DNA of 64,000 nt, taken from contig NC_042999.1 of the NCBI RefSeq assembly GCF_006345805.1, forward strand, positions 92,504,001 through 92,568,000, written 5' to 3'. This stretch comes from Octopus sinensis. Taxonomy: Eukaryota. The notes beneath the pieces are model-generated. The model saw only the letters and a program-made list of their open reading frames with translations. It had not been told where the DNA came from and did not search any database. A program made the position numbers and the translations under genes. How positions within the stretch are numbered: position 1 is the first letter of the stretch; the number at the start of each line of letters is the position of its first letter. Below, piece by piece: positions 12,084 to 25,080 of the stretch.

Positions 12084-14690
12084 TAGGAATGCATCACGGC
12101 GTTGCCTGGTTGTTATAACTTACAGCTACATTGTATTTTTTGTTCCTGTCTTATGGGCAGAATCAGCACAGCTGATTTATAGTAAACTGGATTACTGGCA
12201 TAATGGAAGCTATTGTTTGTTTAAAAGTGAAGAGGGGAGGGTACAATTTGCATGGGTTTGTATGAAAGTGATTTCCATTCTTAAGAAGGATTACAAACTA
12301 TGTATTGTTTCATCATATAAAAGGGGGCTAATACGATTTTGCCCAGAAATCACGTTTTCAAAATTTTAGTTCTCACTTGCCCCTGCAATTTCTTAATTTG
12401 TAACTTTTACGAATTTTACGAATCTGGGTAATATATTTTATTTTAAAAGCTTAATTTTTCTTAAAGAAACACTCAATGTCCCTTCCCCCACTTAAGCTAA
12501 AAACACTATGTTTCACTTTCGTCTGATGCATCACGCATGCGTAGAAGTATACTGAAATAGCAGACTGAAAAATATTAGAGCACCACCAGAAAACCTGACA
12601 TGCTAGAAACAACAAGTGAACGACATTATTTCTGAAGAAACTTCCCGCTTTCCCAAAAGCTAAAAGTGAAACGTTGGGGATTTGTAGCTGTTTGAAAGTG
12701 GATATTTGGAAAGAAAATTTTACTGATTGTTTAAGTAAAAAGAAAGAAGAAAATTCTTAAAGGTTCGTACTCTCTGTCTTTTCTCTGTGGATTACCAAGA
12801 AAAGAAGTTCGAAATAAATGAAAAAAATTAAGAAATTGGGATGGGGAGGGAGAAAATTAAAATATTAACAACGTGTTTTGGGCGAAATCCTAATTCCCTG
12901 TATTGAAAACATAGGAATCGAAAAGAATTTAGGAACATAAAAATCAGATAGTGGGCGTGGGTGCAAATATCACCTCGGACATGCTAGAAACAACAGGTAA
13001 AAGACAGGATTTCTGGGCGAACTTCCTTTTAAATTTATATCAAGGATCAGGTTTTTAAATACACTCATCACAACCACGAATTACAGAATAGAAAAAGATC
13101 ATGTCAGTTGGATTTGAGCTGTAGTTTTGCGTGTTCACGTAATTAATACAGAAGTTTTACCTAGAGAGAGAATGTGTGTGTGTGTGTGAAAGGAAGTTTT
13201 TTTATGACATTCTTTCCTTCGAAGCAGAAAAGCTGTCAACTCGATCATACGGTCTATCATATGGGATCATATGATTGTCCGTTAATTTCTGTAAATTGTT
13301 TGTTTTTCTTTATGAGAAAGGAAAAATTGAAAGGGAGGAGAAAGTGAAAAGGCGACATTTGCTTTGAAGTGAGAGCAGAAAGTGAAAGAGAGGAGAAAGT
13401 GAAAGATGTGTGTACGTGTGTATGGAATGGACATGTGTGTGTGCATGTGTGCGTGATAGAGAGAGAGAGAGAAAAAGAAAAAGCGAAAGAGTGAGTGAGC
13501 GAGTGAAGGTTTGTGTTGTCATGTATTTTTTTTACATGTATGTGTAGGTGGCACTCCCTTGCTCTCACTCTCTCTCTGTCTTTGTCTGTCTCTCTCTCTC
13601 TCACAAATTATCTTTCATATACATGTACATAAATACATATGCATACATCTTTTTTGTTTGTATGTGTGCGTGTGCATATGGAAGAGAAAGTGAGTGACTG
13701 TATTTCCTCATAACATATAGAAAAATAGATGTCTTTCAAGGTAACATTCATATAGAGAATGTGACGTCATCGTCGTGATATAAAATGTCGTTTAGGATAG
13801 TTGAATTATAGGAAGAATATAATGTTAAATTTCTGTAATGCAAATATGTAAATGAAAATAAAATTTATTTGGTAGCCGAAAGGTTACTGAATCTTTTGAT
13901 ACCCCATATGTCAAAAGTGACAACTCCTTCTTCGAATGTATTCGTAAATTTTGTTTTATCTCTTTATGCTTTGAAGAGAGTAGAAGTTGAAAGAGAAGAG
14001 AAAATGAAACAGCGACATTTGCTTTGAAGTGAGAGCCAAAAGTGAAAGATAGGAGAAAGTGAAAGCTGTATGTACGTGTATATGTAATGGACGTGTGTGT
14101 GTTTGTGTGCATGCGTGCGTGTGCGTGTGAGAGAGAGAAGGAGAGAGAGTGAGTGAGTGAAGGTGTGTCTTGTCATGTATGTGTAAGTGGTACTTACTCG
14201 GTCTCTATCTCTGTCTCACACACACATATCTTTCATATACACGTACATAAATACGCATTTTTGTATATATGAGTGCGTGTGCATGTGAGAGAGAGTAAGA
14301 GTGAGATAGATAAAGAGAGAGAGAGAGAGAGAAAGTGAGTGACTATATTTGTCATGATGTCATGATATATAGAGAAATGGATGTCTTTTAAGAAATGGAT
14401 GCCTTTTATACACTCACATAGAAAATGTGACGTCGCCGTAGTATAAGTGTTTACGATAGTTGACTTATAGAAAAGATTATAATGTGAAATTGTTGTAATG
14501 CAAGTATATGAAAATGAAAATAATGTTTATTTGGTAGTCGTAAGATTACTGAATCTTTTGATACCCATACGTCAAAATCTTTAACTCAGTTTCCGAATGC
14601 ATAAGGAAGATACGCACACACACACACACACACACACATACACACATACACACACACATACACACATTCTCTCTCTTTTATATATATGGA
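12083..14690 (-). mobile_element. Non-autonomous Helitron (copy C)
   Basis: Minus strand begins TCCATATATATAAAAGAGAGAGAATG(TG)n and ends with the hairpin CCAGGCAACGCCGTG, then CATTCCTAG|T. Confidence 0.65.
13340..14600. repeat. Diverged tandem duplication of about 660 bp inside Helitron C
   Basis: GCGACATTTGCTTTGAAGTGAGAGC occurs near 13351 and 14012; TTACTGAATCTTTTGATACCC occurs near 13884 and 14546. Confidence 0.85.
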
Positions 14691-14813
14691 AGATGTCCCT
14701 ATCTGTTTTCTCTGTCTTCTCTCTGTCTGTCTCACATTCCCTGCGTGTCTGTCTCTTCCTGTCTCCTCCCTTTCCCTGAATCTAACACTTTTGTATCCAT
14801 ATCATTTATATCA

Positions 14814-15127
14814 TATAAAAATCTCTAAAACTTTCCAAAAGTTTATCATTTAAATATATGTATGAGCATGTCTAGATATGTAACTCTATGTATGAGAATG
14901 CATTCATAAAACATACAAATCTGCACATGCATACATACATACATACATACATACATACACACATACATACATACATACATACATACATACATACATACAT
15001 ACATGCATACATACATAGATACATACATACATACGTACGTACATACATGCAAAAATACCCTGTGGCTGATGTTAAAATTCCAATGAAGGAACCTTGGATC
15101 TAGGCTAGAAACCAGTTCTTTCTCTAT
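14814..15127 (+). mobile_element. 3' end (ORF terminus plus 3'UTR) of an R4/Dong-type LINE
   Basis: Matches the 3' end of the element at 17794-19200 and the copies at 22466 and 51457. Confidence 0.8.
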
Positions 15128-15677
15128 TACGCACAATCATATACATCTCTATCTATAAAACTGAAATGCGTTTTTACCGCTTGGATCGCTTTCAATGCCA
15201 CTACATCCCGTCCGATTCGCTCCAAATTTTACAGGGACATGTAGAATGAGGTGACGAAGCTCGTGGGCTACCTATCTTAAAATGTGTGGTTGCTAGGGGC
15301 CATCTTCCTCACTCACGCTATTTCCTCCAATACCCTCTCACTCCTTTTCATATATAACTTTGAGAATTCCACTACCGTTATTTAAAGTATCTGTCACTCT
15401 CGCTATTTCCTCTCTTTTTCACTCACTCTGTTTCTTAGCTTCCCATAACTTTTACTCATGTATCTGTCTGCATATATAGAGAGAAACAAATATTCCATCG
15501 CCATCGCCACCGCATTCTATTGTCAACCTGTCAACGCGCTCACTCTCGCTATTTCCTCTCTGTTTCACTCACTCTGTTTCCATCACGTCGGTGTTCTTTG
15601 ATGTATCTGTCTGTCTCCAACAACACACGAGCATGAGAACAAATATTATGAATCAGATATTCTTGCGTTCATTTATA

Positions 15678-16180
15678 TGTGTGTGTGTGTGTGTGTGTTC
15701 TATATATAAATATGTATATATAATGTATGTGTGTGTATGTATGTTCTATATATAAATATGTATATATAATGTATGTGTGTGTGTGTGTATTCTATATATA
15801 AATATGTATATATAATGTACGTGTCTGTGTGTGTTCTATATATAAATATGTATATAAAATGTATGTGTGTGTGTGTGTTCTATATATAAATATGTATATA
15901 TAATGTATGTGTGTGTGTGTTCTATATATAAATATATATATATAATGTACGTGTGTGTGTGTGTGTGTGTTCTATATATAAATATATATATATAATGTAT
16001 GTATGTGTGTGTGTGTGTTCTATATATAAATATGTATATATAATGTATGTGTGTGTGTATGTGTTCTATATATAAATATGTATATATAATGTATGTGTGT
16101 GTGTGTGTGTTCTATATATAAATATGTATATATAATGTATGTGTGTGTGTGTGTGTTCTATATATAAATATGTATATATA
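15678..16180. repeat. Minisatellite of about 11 units (42-50 bp): (GT)nTCTATATATAAATATGTATATATAATGTAT
   Basis: Direct reading; unit length varies only in the (GT)n tract. Confidence 0.9.
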
Positions 16181-16463
16181 CAAAGTGTATATATCTGTAT
16201 TTATGTATATTAAACTTTTTCATACTTTTTCATAGTTATATATATTTTTAAACAAATTATAAATATAATTTAATTTTTATTTTCAATTTCAATAATTTAA
16301 ATTTTTCAATTTTATATTTTCTATATTTTCTATATTATATTTTTTAAAATGTTTTTGTTTTTGGTTTTTCAGTTTTTGATTTGCCTATCAGTGGTTTTAT
16401 CTCTAATTTAATTTATACAGATATATATTTCATTTGTATACATTTGTATATATAATGCGCGCG

Positions 16464-16525
<62 letters not shown>

Positions 16526-17340
16526 ATGTGTGCATTACGTAGTCGGTCGATTCAGCTGAAAATATGCACACCTATGTTAAAAGTGCTGGCAAGTTTGCAT
16601 GACAACTATTTTTTTCCTCAAATGAAAGGCGTCACCTCTAGGACAAAATTCCTCATCTTATAAAATGTGGCCCCAGTAGACCCGAATGAAATCGGGTTAT
16701 ATTACCAAAAATGTGAAAAGGGGTCTAAATGGGGCTGGAAGGGGATTAAAATTTCAAGGAGCGGGTGTTTAGGAATTCTCTGTTACATCAAGCTAAAAAA
16801 TTTGCGCCAGCCTTTTAATCGTCAATGTGTTGCCGTCCATGATAAAGAAGTTTTGAATGGTTGCCATGGTGAGTCTACTGTCGTGAGAAAGAATCACTTC
16901 AAAACTTGGTGTTTACGAATTTTCTTTTACATCAAGTTCAAAATTTTACGCCAGCCGTTAAACTGTCAATACGTTTTTGTCCGTCGTTAAGAAATGCCAG
17001 CCATGGTGACTCTACTATCCTCAGATTCTATCCCTTCAAACTTTGGTTTCCAATATTTTATTATTTTTATTCAGCTCGCAAGTTCGTCTGTCCCTTTTAA
17101 ATGTTAGCGTTTTGCTGTCTGCCTTGAAGCAGACCTTTCCGTTGTTACTGCCTGATATTTATGATTGATCTTTCTAAATATTTTATTCCTCAACTTACTC
17201 AAGATCTTCTGTTGTTTATAAATGGGAGAGAGATAGATAAAGATAGAGAGTAAGAGAAAGCGAGGGAGAGTCTGAGAGAAAAGAAAAGTAAGAGAGTGGG
17301 AAAGTGAGAGAGAAATAAGAGAGAAACAAAGAGGGAGAAT

Positions 17341-17655
17341 CATCATCATCATCATCATCATCGTTTAACGTCCGTTTTCCGTGCTAGCACGGGTTGGACT
17401 GTGTGACCGGGGTCTGGGAAGCCAGGAGGCTGCACCAGGCTCTAGTCTGATCTGGCAGTGTTTCTACAGGTGGATGACCTTCCTAACGCCAACCACTCTG
17501 TGAGCGTAGAGAGTGATTTTTTCGTGCCGCCGGCACAGGTGCCTAGGAGGCTCGCAGCGGCAACGATCGGTTGGTGCTTTTTACGTGCCACCGGCACAGA
17601 AGCATGTCAAGGCGGCGCTGCAATCGGCCACTTTCGGATGGTGCTTTTTACGTGC
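17341..17655 (-). mobile_element. SINE/LINE-tail-like segment with (GAT)n tail captured inside Helitron A (also at 31548-31861 in copy B)
   Basis: (CAT)n followed by GTTTAACGTCCGTTTTCCGTGCTAGC...CCTTCCTAACGCCAACC...; same breakpoints in both Helitron copies. Confidence 0.7.
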
Positions 17656-17723
17656 TGAAAGGAAGCAACAGAAAGTAACAACCACACTCTTAACCGCGCG
17701 TAGAGCGGGTCACCTTCAGCTAG

Positions 17724-17790
17724 TCTTATATATAAATGGCATTTTTGTTTTTCTGTCTGTCTGTCTGTTACCATCTTGCTGCCCGTGCAG
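17724..17790 (+). mobile_element. Helitron 5' stub fused head-to-tail to Helitron A
   Basis: TCTTATATATAAATGGCA...(CTGT)n begins immediately after the terminal CTAG of copy A. Confidence 0.55.
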
Positions 17791-17793
17791 ATT

Positions 17794-17844
17794 TGCATGT
17801 CTTATGAATGCATTCTCATGCATAGAGTTAAATATCTAGACATG

Positions 17845-17922
<78 letters not shown>

Positions 17923-19200
17923 AATGATAAACTTTTGGAAAGTTTTAGAGATTTTTATAGTTCCATTGATGGATTGGATCTGTAGCCTTCACATTAGCTT
18001 TCTCCTTTCTTATTTTGAGAAGCTTAATTTCTGAAGATTGGTATTTAGGCAGTGTTACATATCTCAGAGCCCCAATAGTTACAGGTATAAACCTGAACTT
18101 GTAATCTGGATTGAGTAACTGTAGATTACTCAACAGTTCAGAATATGTGATTTATTTTTCACTGATTTTCAGCTTTATGTTAACATCCGTTGGGCAACTA
18201 ATTTCCACAACTGTGCATAGTTGCTCTTCTCTACCCCAAATCCTTATATCAAGTCTGTTGTGCTTACATTTTATTGAGGTCTTCACTGGTACATTCCACC
18301 AGTATTCTTTTTCATGATGAGTGGCTATGGCTTCTACCATATTGTTTGTTTTTATTTCTTTGCCCTCAGGATTATCCTTCCAACGGATTTCATTATAAAG
18401 TGTCCTAGCTATAATGTCATGTCTCATCGGTAGATAATACCGTGATGTCGTTTTCGGTCACTACTTATGATGTGATTGATATCTTCAGTGTGAACTCCAC
18501 AAAGTCTGCATCGGTTGTCACATTTTACGGCTTTTCCTGCATCTCTATCCTTTTGTGCAACAGGTACTTGTTTGATATTTCCTGTTCCTGGAATGCAGGC
18601 ACATACCCTTGAAAGTGGGAGTTAGTAATCCGGTTATTCGTCCATGATAAACTGCTTTGATGATGGATTTTACTATCATCACTGAGCTTTCTACTAACAT
18701 ATCCATGCATACTCTTCTGCTCATATAGGCTCATCCTTTCTTCTGATGATATGTTGTGATAGAGTTGTGCGACTTCTTTGGGCATGTATTCTAGGTTATC
18801 AGACAAAGAGTGTTGCTCAAGGAACTGCCTTCCTATCTTATGATGTTATCAGCTTCATGTATGCAAACGTGGTCAAGGGATTCACTTCGACGCTTGGTGG
18901 TTAAAAGATATGGTGCGACATTTAAAGGCATTTTGGATCGATGTTAAGCCTCTACCCGGCCTACCGTTTTGTTTACGTTTTAGGTAGAGGCGGTCTACAT
19001 TTATGTGGAATTTATGTGTGCTTGTTAGTATTTTTCGGATTTTCACATTAATGGCTCAGATCTTATCAAGCGTCCAATCAAGCAGCCCAAATGTTGGTAT
19101 GGGTACTGGCATTGCAAACACATTCTGGGCCACTGTTTTATTGAAAGCAAAAAGTTCTGAGGTCCAAATTTTCTTTATTCGGCCGTAATATTCTTAGTGT
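17794..19200 (-). mobile_element. 5'-truncated R4/Dong-type (restriction-like endonuclease) LINE
   Basis: Minus translation gives RLYLKRK..GRGL, FQEQEISNKY, RCRLCGVHTEDINHIISS (CCHC), RHDIIA and WWNVPVKT...HNRLDI...VEISCPTDVNIKLKISEK (PD-(D/E)xK endonuclease); frameshifted; the 5' junction abuts (TATG)n at about 19210-19252. Confidence 0.9.
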
Positions 19201-19842
19201 AATATTCTTTATGTATGTATGTATGTATGTATGTATGTATGTATGTATGTATAAGAAATATTTGCTATGAATAACAGCACTAAAATCATATAATATAATG
19301 CATCTTGCGTATATGGAAATAAAGTATTCAAAATCGATCGCGAAATAATTTATTCATATTGTTTGATTAGATCCACACAGATCTGGATTTGGGAAAGAGC
19401 TATTGGAATGGGAACAGTTATAGTGAAATATGTTTGAGTAAGCTATTTCTTCGACATATTTATTACTGACAGGCGTTACTGACTTCTGAAAGTTGTTCTA
19501 TGTAATAATTCAGATATATTGTCAAGAATCCGAAAAGACGAGCGGTTGTCAGTTTCAACGAAATAGTCAATTCATAAATATTTCTTCTTTCGGAGAGCTA
19601 AACCTAAACTATTTAATATTTTCTCTGTTCATAAAGTGTATATCCTATTATTTGCATTTTAAAGATTTTGCTATTTACTTTCTTTGGCACAGAAAGGTTC
19701 CACTGGAAAGATCCCCTCCCCGCCCTTTGTGAAGTGTTAATATGCGAGAAATAGTTAAAATTTGTATCTTACAATCTGTTTTTATCCTCTTCTGACAGGT
19801 TAAAAAGAATGTAGATTACCAATTATTTTTATTGCATTCTAT

Positions 19843-20058
19843 AAGGCGGTGAGCAGGCAAAATCGTTAGCATGCTTGACAAAAATTATTAGCGGCATTGC
19901 GTCTGTCTTCGTGTTATGAGTTCAAATTTTGTGCAGGTTGACATTGCCTTTCATCTAATCTGGGTCGATAAAGTAAGTACCATTCGCGCACTCGGGTTAA
20001 TATAATCGACTATCACTCTCTCAAAAAACTTCTACCCAGGCACCAAAATTCATAAGAA
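19843..20058 (+). mobile_element. tRNA-derived SINE, family 2
   Basis: AAGGCGGTGAGC.GGCA.AATCGTTAGCA...GAGTTCAAAT...GGGTCGATAAA.TAAGTACC; homologous to 39327-39540 and 61937-62158. Confidence 0.8.
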
Positions 20059-20069
20059 TGATGATTATT

Positions 20070-20400
20070 AGTATTTTCCCCTCGGTTGTATGGAATCTAG
20101 CTGAGCTGCAATCCATAAAAGTTTCTTGGCTGTATTCAGAAAAGAGCCGCTCAAACCTCTGGCTTACAGGCGTGCTGTTTACTCTCTCTGCCTTTACTTC
20201 TGTTCCTTGGAGTTGCCTGGCCTCAAACCATCCCGCTTAGACACCCTCGTCTCGCCCGTCGCATTGTTACTTTTAATGAATTCAACCGCCAGATACCTCA
20301 TTCGTCATTCACCCAGTCTTTCTTTCTCAGAAAGTTGGATCTCTGGAGTTACCAAACTACTCATATCTTTTCTGCCAGTGTTGACTTGTTAAGGTACAAA
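20070..20400 (+). mobile_element. Degenerate 3' coding end of an L2/CR1-group LINE
   Basis: Translation FTQSFFLRKLDLWS...IFSASVDLLRYKN resembles the LINE C-terminal SF.PR...LWN.LP...FP...DL..FK pattern. Confidence 0.45.
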
Positions 20401-21356
20401 AACGTATGCTAATGGTATCAACGTCACCTGTCTCTAAACCAAACAAATAACAGGTAAAAAAAAGGAGAGCTTATGTAACAAGTGTAGTGGACTGTCTGGC
20501 CATCCAGTTATGCTATTACGCCGACGGCTGAGATGAGGTGATTTGACATTTTAAAATAAAACTACGTATATCATGATTGTTAGCTATAAATATACAAATA
20601 CTCGTCTGGTGTACTTGAAATATCGGAGAATTTTAATTTAATTTCCAATCAAATAGAAATAATATTTCGATTCAACATTTCCAGATGGCTATGACTTCAA
20701 CGAAAGACAATTTTTTTAGACGTCCACTAGAGTAGCATAAGAATATATTCATATTTATCGCTAATATCTATGTGTGTGTGCGTGTGTGTGTGTGTGTGTC
20801 TGTGTGTGTGGTGTATGGGGTTTTAAAAGGTCAAATGAATAACAAGAAAAACATTCCAAATCATACGCTATAAACTATATTGGTTCTAAACTGTGTGATA
20901 AGGCATATACACTGATATTGCATCAAAGTAAGATATAAAAAGTATCAATATCAGCACAAATGCTTTATTGATTTTGCTGTAGTATTGGTTGTATTTTGAT
21001 GTTGTTCTTCTTATTGTTGCTGTGTTGTCCCGAGGGAGAGCTGACGAGCTTAGTAATGAAGCTTGAGCAGTTCGAAATATCTAGCATTTTTTCGACCTTT
21101 CTCTATTGAAAAGACAGTTATCAAGACTTAGGTGATGAACAAGGGCGATGAGCAGATGGCTTTTGGCTAGCCGCATGTAGGTACTTAGATTGATAGATAT
21201 CAAGGCACCATTGCCTCGAATGGTCCTGGGGATCTTGAGCAACGTTGGTTACAAGATGCTTCCTCGTTTGTTCCTGCATGCCCTAGAGATAATGCCACCA
21301 CCTACAGTGAGGCGGTGGTTACAGTGAACAAACCCCAAATCAAGAGGTGATATGAA

Positions 21357-21450
<94 letters not shown>
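21357..21450. repeat. (TATC)n microsatellite
   Basis: Direct reading. Confidence 0.95.
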
Positions 21451-21451
<1 letters not shown>

Positions 21452-21728
21452 ATATATATATATTCTCCTTCATATCTTCTATTTCTTTCCGGTTTAATTT
21501 GTTTACAGTTGCCTGACATCTTTCTCACTCTCCTTTTCTATCTCTTTATCTCTCTCTCTCTCTCTTTAACTTTTTGTATTATACATATATATAAGTGTAT
21601 ATGTGCATGGTGCGTGTGTGTGTGTGGTGAGTATGCATGTGTGTGTGTGCACATGCGCATTCGCTTGTGTGTGTTTATATGTGTGTGTGTGTCTGTATAC
21701 ATACATATAAATATAAATAAATAAATAA

Positions 21729-21792
<64 letters not shown>

Positions 21793-22465
21793 CAAACGTT
21801 TGGCCGAATTTGGTTGACCCAATGAAATTTTTCTTTGAATTCTTTGTTAGCTGTTTCTGCTAATTATGCTGTGAATCAAAGAAACAATTTATTTTCAATA
21901 AATGATTATCTCTCCAAGTGTTACACAGGGACGATTAGCCAAAAATAATATTCAGTGACTTATTTCCCTTGCTATAAGGCCTTTGTTACTATTTTAAGTG
22001 CATTGCGACAAAACATAGTAAGAAGCAAATTAGGAGATATATGTTTAAAACATATCGTCAAGAAGGTGTGTGAAACTGACACTAACGCTAGAACTCTGTT
22101 CTGACAAGCCCATATTCTGAATATCATGATATTTAACTGTTTCATAAAGTGACTAGTTTGTTTCAGACAAAGGAATCTTACACAAATATCATATATAAAT
22201 GTCATTTTTAAGTTTATTCCAACAGATTATCTATAGGATTCAGAGTAAGCACTAGATTCTAGAGTTTGTAGAAATAAATGTAAAAATGAGAGCATCGCAT
22301 TGCTAACATAAGATATTGCTTTTAAAACTTTTATATGATTGGTAGTTTATAATGGTTGCAAAACGAAATACTGTGTTCTTGCGAGCAATTAATATGAGTG
22401 TACACACACACACACACACATACATACATACATACATACATACATACTACATACATACATACATA

Positions 22466-22575
22466 CAAAAATACCTTGTTGTTAATGATGAAATTCCAAT
22501 GAAGGAGCCTTGGATCTAAGTTAGAAACCGGCTCTTTCTTTATTGTCGAGAAATCTTGGAATAAAACTGAACAAT
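22466..22575 (+). mobile_element. 3'-terminal 110 bp of the R4/Dong-type LINE within (TACA)n
   Basis: CAAAAATACC...GAAATTCCAATGAAGGAGCCTTGGATCTA.GTTAGAAACCGGCTCTTTCT...AATAAAACTGAA.AAT is shared with the ends at 15127 and 51770. Confidence 0.8.
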
Positions 22576-22673
22576 GTCATACATACATGCATATATATAT
22601 ATATATGCATTCAAGCATACATGAATGCATGCATACATACATACATACGTACATACATACATACATACATACA

Positions 22674-22708
<35 letters not shown>

Positions 22709-22740
22709 GTATGTATTTATGTGTATATCGTTTATCTTAT

Positions 22741-23095
22741 GCTTGTTTTAGTCAGTTGACTGTAGCCAGTACTTATAATTTTATTTTAAGCATGGTACTT
22801 TTTCTATCGGGTCTTTAGCCGAATTGTTTAGTTACGGGAATGTAAACACAAGAACATCGGTTGTCAAGCGGTGTGTGTGGGGGGACAGACACAAAGTCAC
22901 ACACAGATACACACACACACACACACGTATTCAGCTGGCTTCTTTCAATTCCTGTCTATCCAATCCAGTCACAAAGCCTTGGTCCGTCCGAGGCTTTAGT
23001 AGAAGACACTTGCCCCAAGTGCCACACAATTGGACTGGACCTGGAATCACGTGATTAGGAAGCAATCGTCTTACCACACATCCACGCCTGCGCCT
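22741..23095 (-). mobile_element. tRNA-derived SINE, family 1 (CORE-like), diverged
   Basis: Reverse complement aligns to the full copy at 60229-60642. Confidence 0.85.
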
Positions 23096-24089
23096 ATTAA
23101 GACAACATTCATTGTTACTATTTTTTCTTTTGAAAGTACGGTTTAACGAAGTTCCGGCTTCTGTTTCTAGCAGGTTACGATAAAGTGGCTCCCAATGAAG
23201 GAGTGAGGATCAATATAATCGACTATAATTGTATGCTAAACTTGTAGCCATGTATCTATTAGAAATCAATATATACATGATTCTACTATAAACTAATAGA
23301 TTCGTCGACCGAATGATGGCACAGAATAATTATGTGCTTTTGAGATGAGTTTTATAGTAGGAACGTTTGATATGATTTGCTTATCTATAAATCCATGTCC
23401 GTATGAATGTACAAAAACATTGATAGAGAAAAGATAAATGATATATTCATGTTGAATCTTATTTCTTTACGCTCTGTACACGCGCGCGCACGCACACATA
23501 CACATACATACACACACACGTATGCACACTTATGGATAGGAATATCATAAACATATGTTTAATGATCATACAGTTTGGTTTTGTAAAAATAGTCTATCAA
23601 CAGTGTTGATGTTTTTGTTGCATGCATGCTCTCTCCTTCTACCCCACTTTCTCTCTCTCGTTCTCTTCATACACACAGCCGGTGAGGTATTAGTGGTGTT
23701 AGTGTTGCTGGTTCTGCTTCAAGTTTCAAAAGGAGAAGCTTATCCACTGCCCGAAATTGTTGTTAGTTCAGCAACAGTACAAGCCATAAAGATGGAAGAT
23801 AACACTGTGCTAGTAGAGTAAAAAAAAAAAAAAAAAGTGAAATGCCTAAAGACAGTTGCTAAGAAAACAAGGGTAAAAAGTACAAGCTAGTAAACCACGA
23901 CATGTATCCACTATCAGAAAGTTTGTCATACCCAGAGAAACATTAGAAATGAGATCGGCGGTTCTGCAAAGGTTATGCTCACTCCCACTACCTGCAAACT
24001 CAGCAAGCACTATAGGTAGTACCAATATGATGTATTAAACATGCCATGAAGAAAGGAGTGAATTATAAAAATATACTTCTGCTAGAAGA

Positions 24090-24550
24090 AAAATATTCCT
24101 GGGGGACAATCGAACGCGTTTTGTATAGTGACAACTTTCAATTGGACGCTGTGGAAGATTAAGAACTGGAAATGCAACTACAGACAGGGTACGGATTTAC
24201 ATTTATCATAGTAATTGCTATAAGATTTGGGGTATAAAATTGACCTAGGCAAACTTGAACGAGAAAGAATAAGAAAGAATAACTAGAAATTTTAATCTAT
24301 TATTTGGTAAAAACAGAGATAAACATTAGACTAAACACAAGCTTATAAATATTTAGATATTAATCAACTAGAGTGCAAGACACATATATGAAATCAAGGG
24401 TTACGAAGAAATATTTCTTAAACATTAAAATAGATTTAAATGCGAAAAGAAACTAATATAATAAAACACGATAAAAGCCATTGATATTTACTTTACCAGA
24501 CACAATAAAAAATTATGATAGTAGTAATAATAATAATAATAATAATAATA

Positions 24551-24581
<31 letters not shown>

Positions 24582-25080
24582 TCATAATTATATTATTCTC
24601 AGTTGAAGTCGGAAAAAATTTACAAGACTTAACAGAAAGCGAATCAATAAATATTATGATAAAAGTATATTAATCACAAATGGGACTTCAAAAGCCAAAT
24701 AATATTACAGAAAAAAATTGACTTTAGGACTATAAAATTATCACATAAAGATCGACAGGTATCTAACATATATTTCTACAAAACTCGAACAAAGCTAAAA
24801 GCAGTCAACCTTCTAGAATGTCCACAAATACGGGACTAAAGAGTAACCAGTATTTGTAAGGAGAAAGGAAAAGAAACAACAAAATGCCTTCAAAATGTTA
24901 AAAATTAAAGATAAACATGGATCTACAGAAAACCTTTTCGGAATATAGCCAATACGGAGACAAATAACCTCGGAGGAGAAATAAACCAAGAAAAATTCAC
25001 TATACTAGCTCTGAAGCGCAGGATTCAAAGTGGTGGTTGAGGAGATTTGTAAAAAATACTTTGGCTTTGGCTGGTTAGTC
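24090..25080 (+). mobile_element. Old, heavily degraded R4/Dong-like reverse transcriptase fragment interrupted by (TAA)n
   Basis: Frameshifted traces IRFGV, AYKYLDINQLE, MKSRVTKKYF and IKAIDIY match the R4 RT motifs FG.xKC, YKYLGI and KIKAIN.Y. Confidence 0.5.

Larger units (their letters stand above)
15146..17723 (+). mobile_element. Non-autonomous Helitron (copy A) with captured SINE-like segment
   Basis: Canonical A|TC start (TCTCTATCTATAAAACTGAAATG); 3' hairpin ACCGCGCGTAGAGCGGGT at 17693-17710; CTAG|T end; 16524-17723 is the reverse complement of 31480-32676. Confidence 0.85.

Noticed and set aside
12632-12680. CUGAAGA...GAAACGUU hammerhead candidate inside Helitron C
   Set aside because: Stems II and III are plausible, but stem I (UAUUU versus GGGGA) does not pair
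15678-16180. CRISPR-like regular repeat
   Set aside because: The spacers are just (GT)n, the context is eukaryotic and no cas genes are present; it is a minisatellite
21041-21085. CUGACGAG...CGAAAUAUC hammerhead candidate
   Set aside because: No stem I complement
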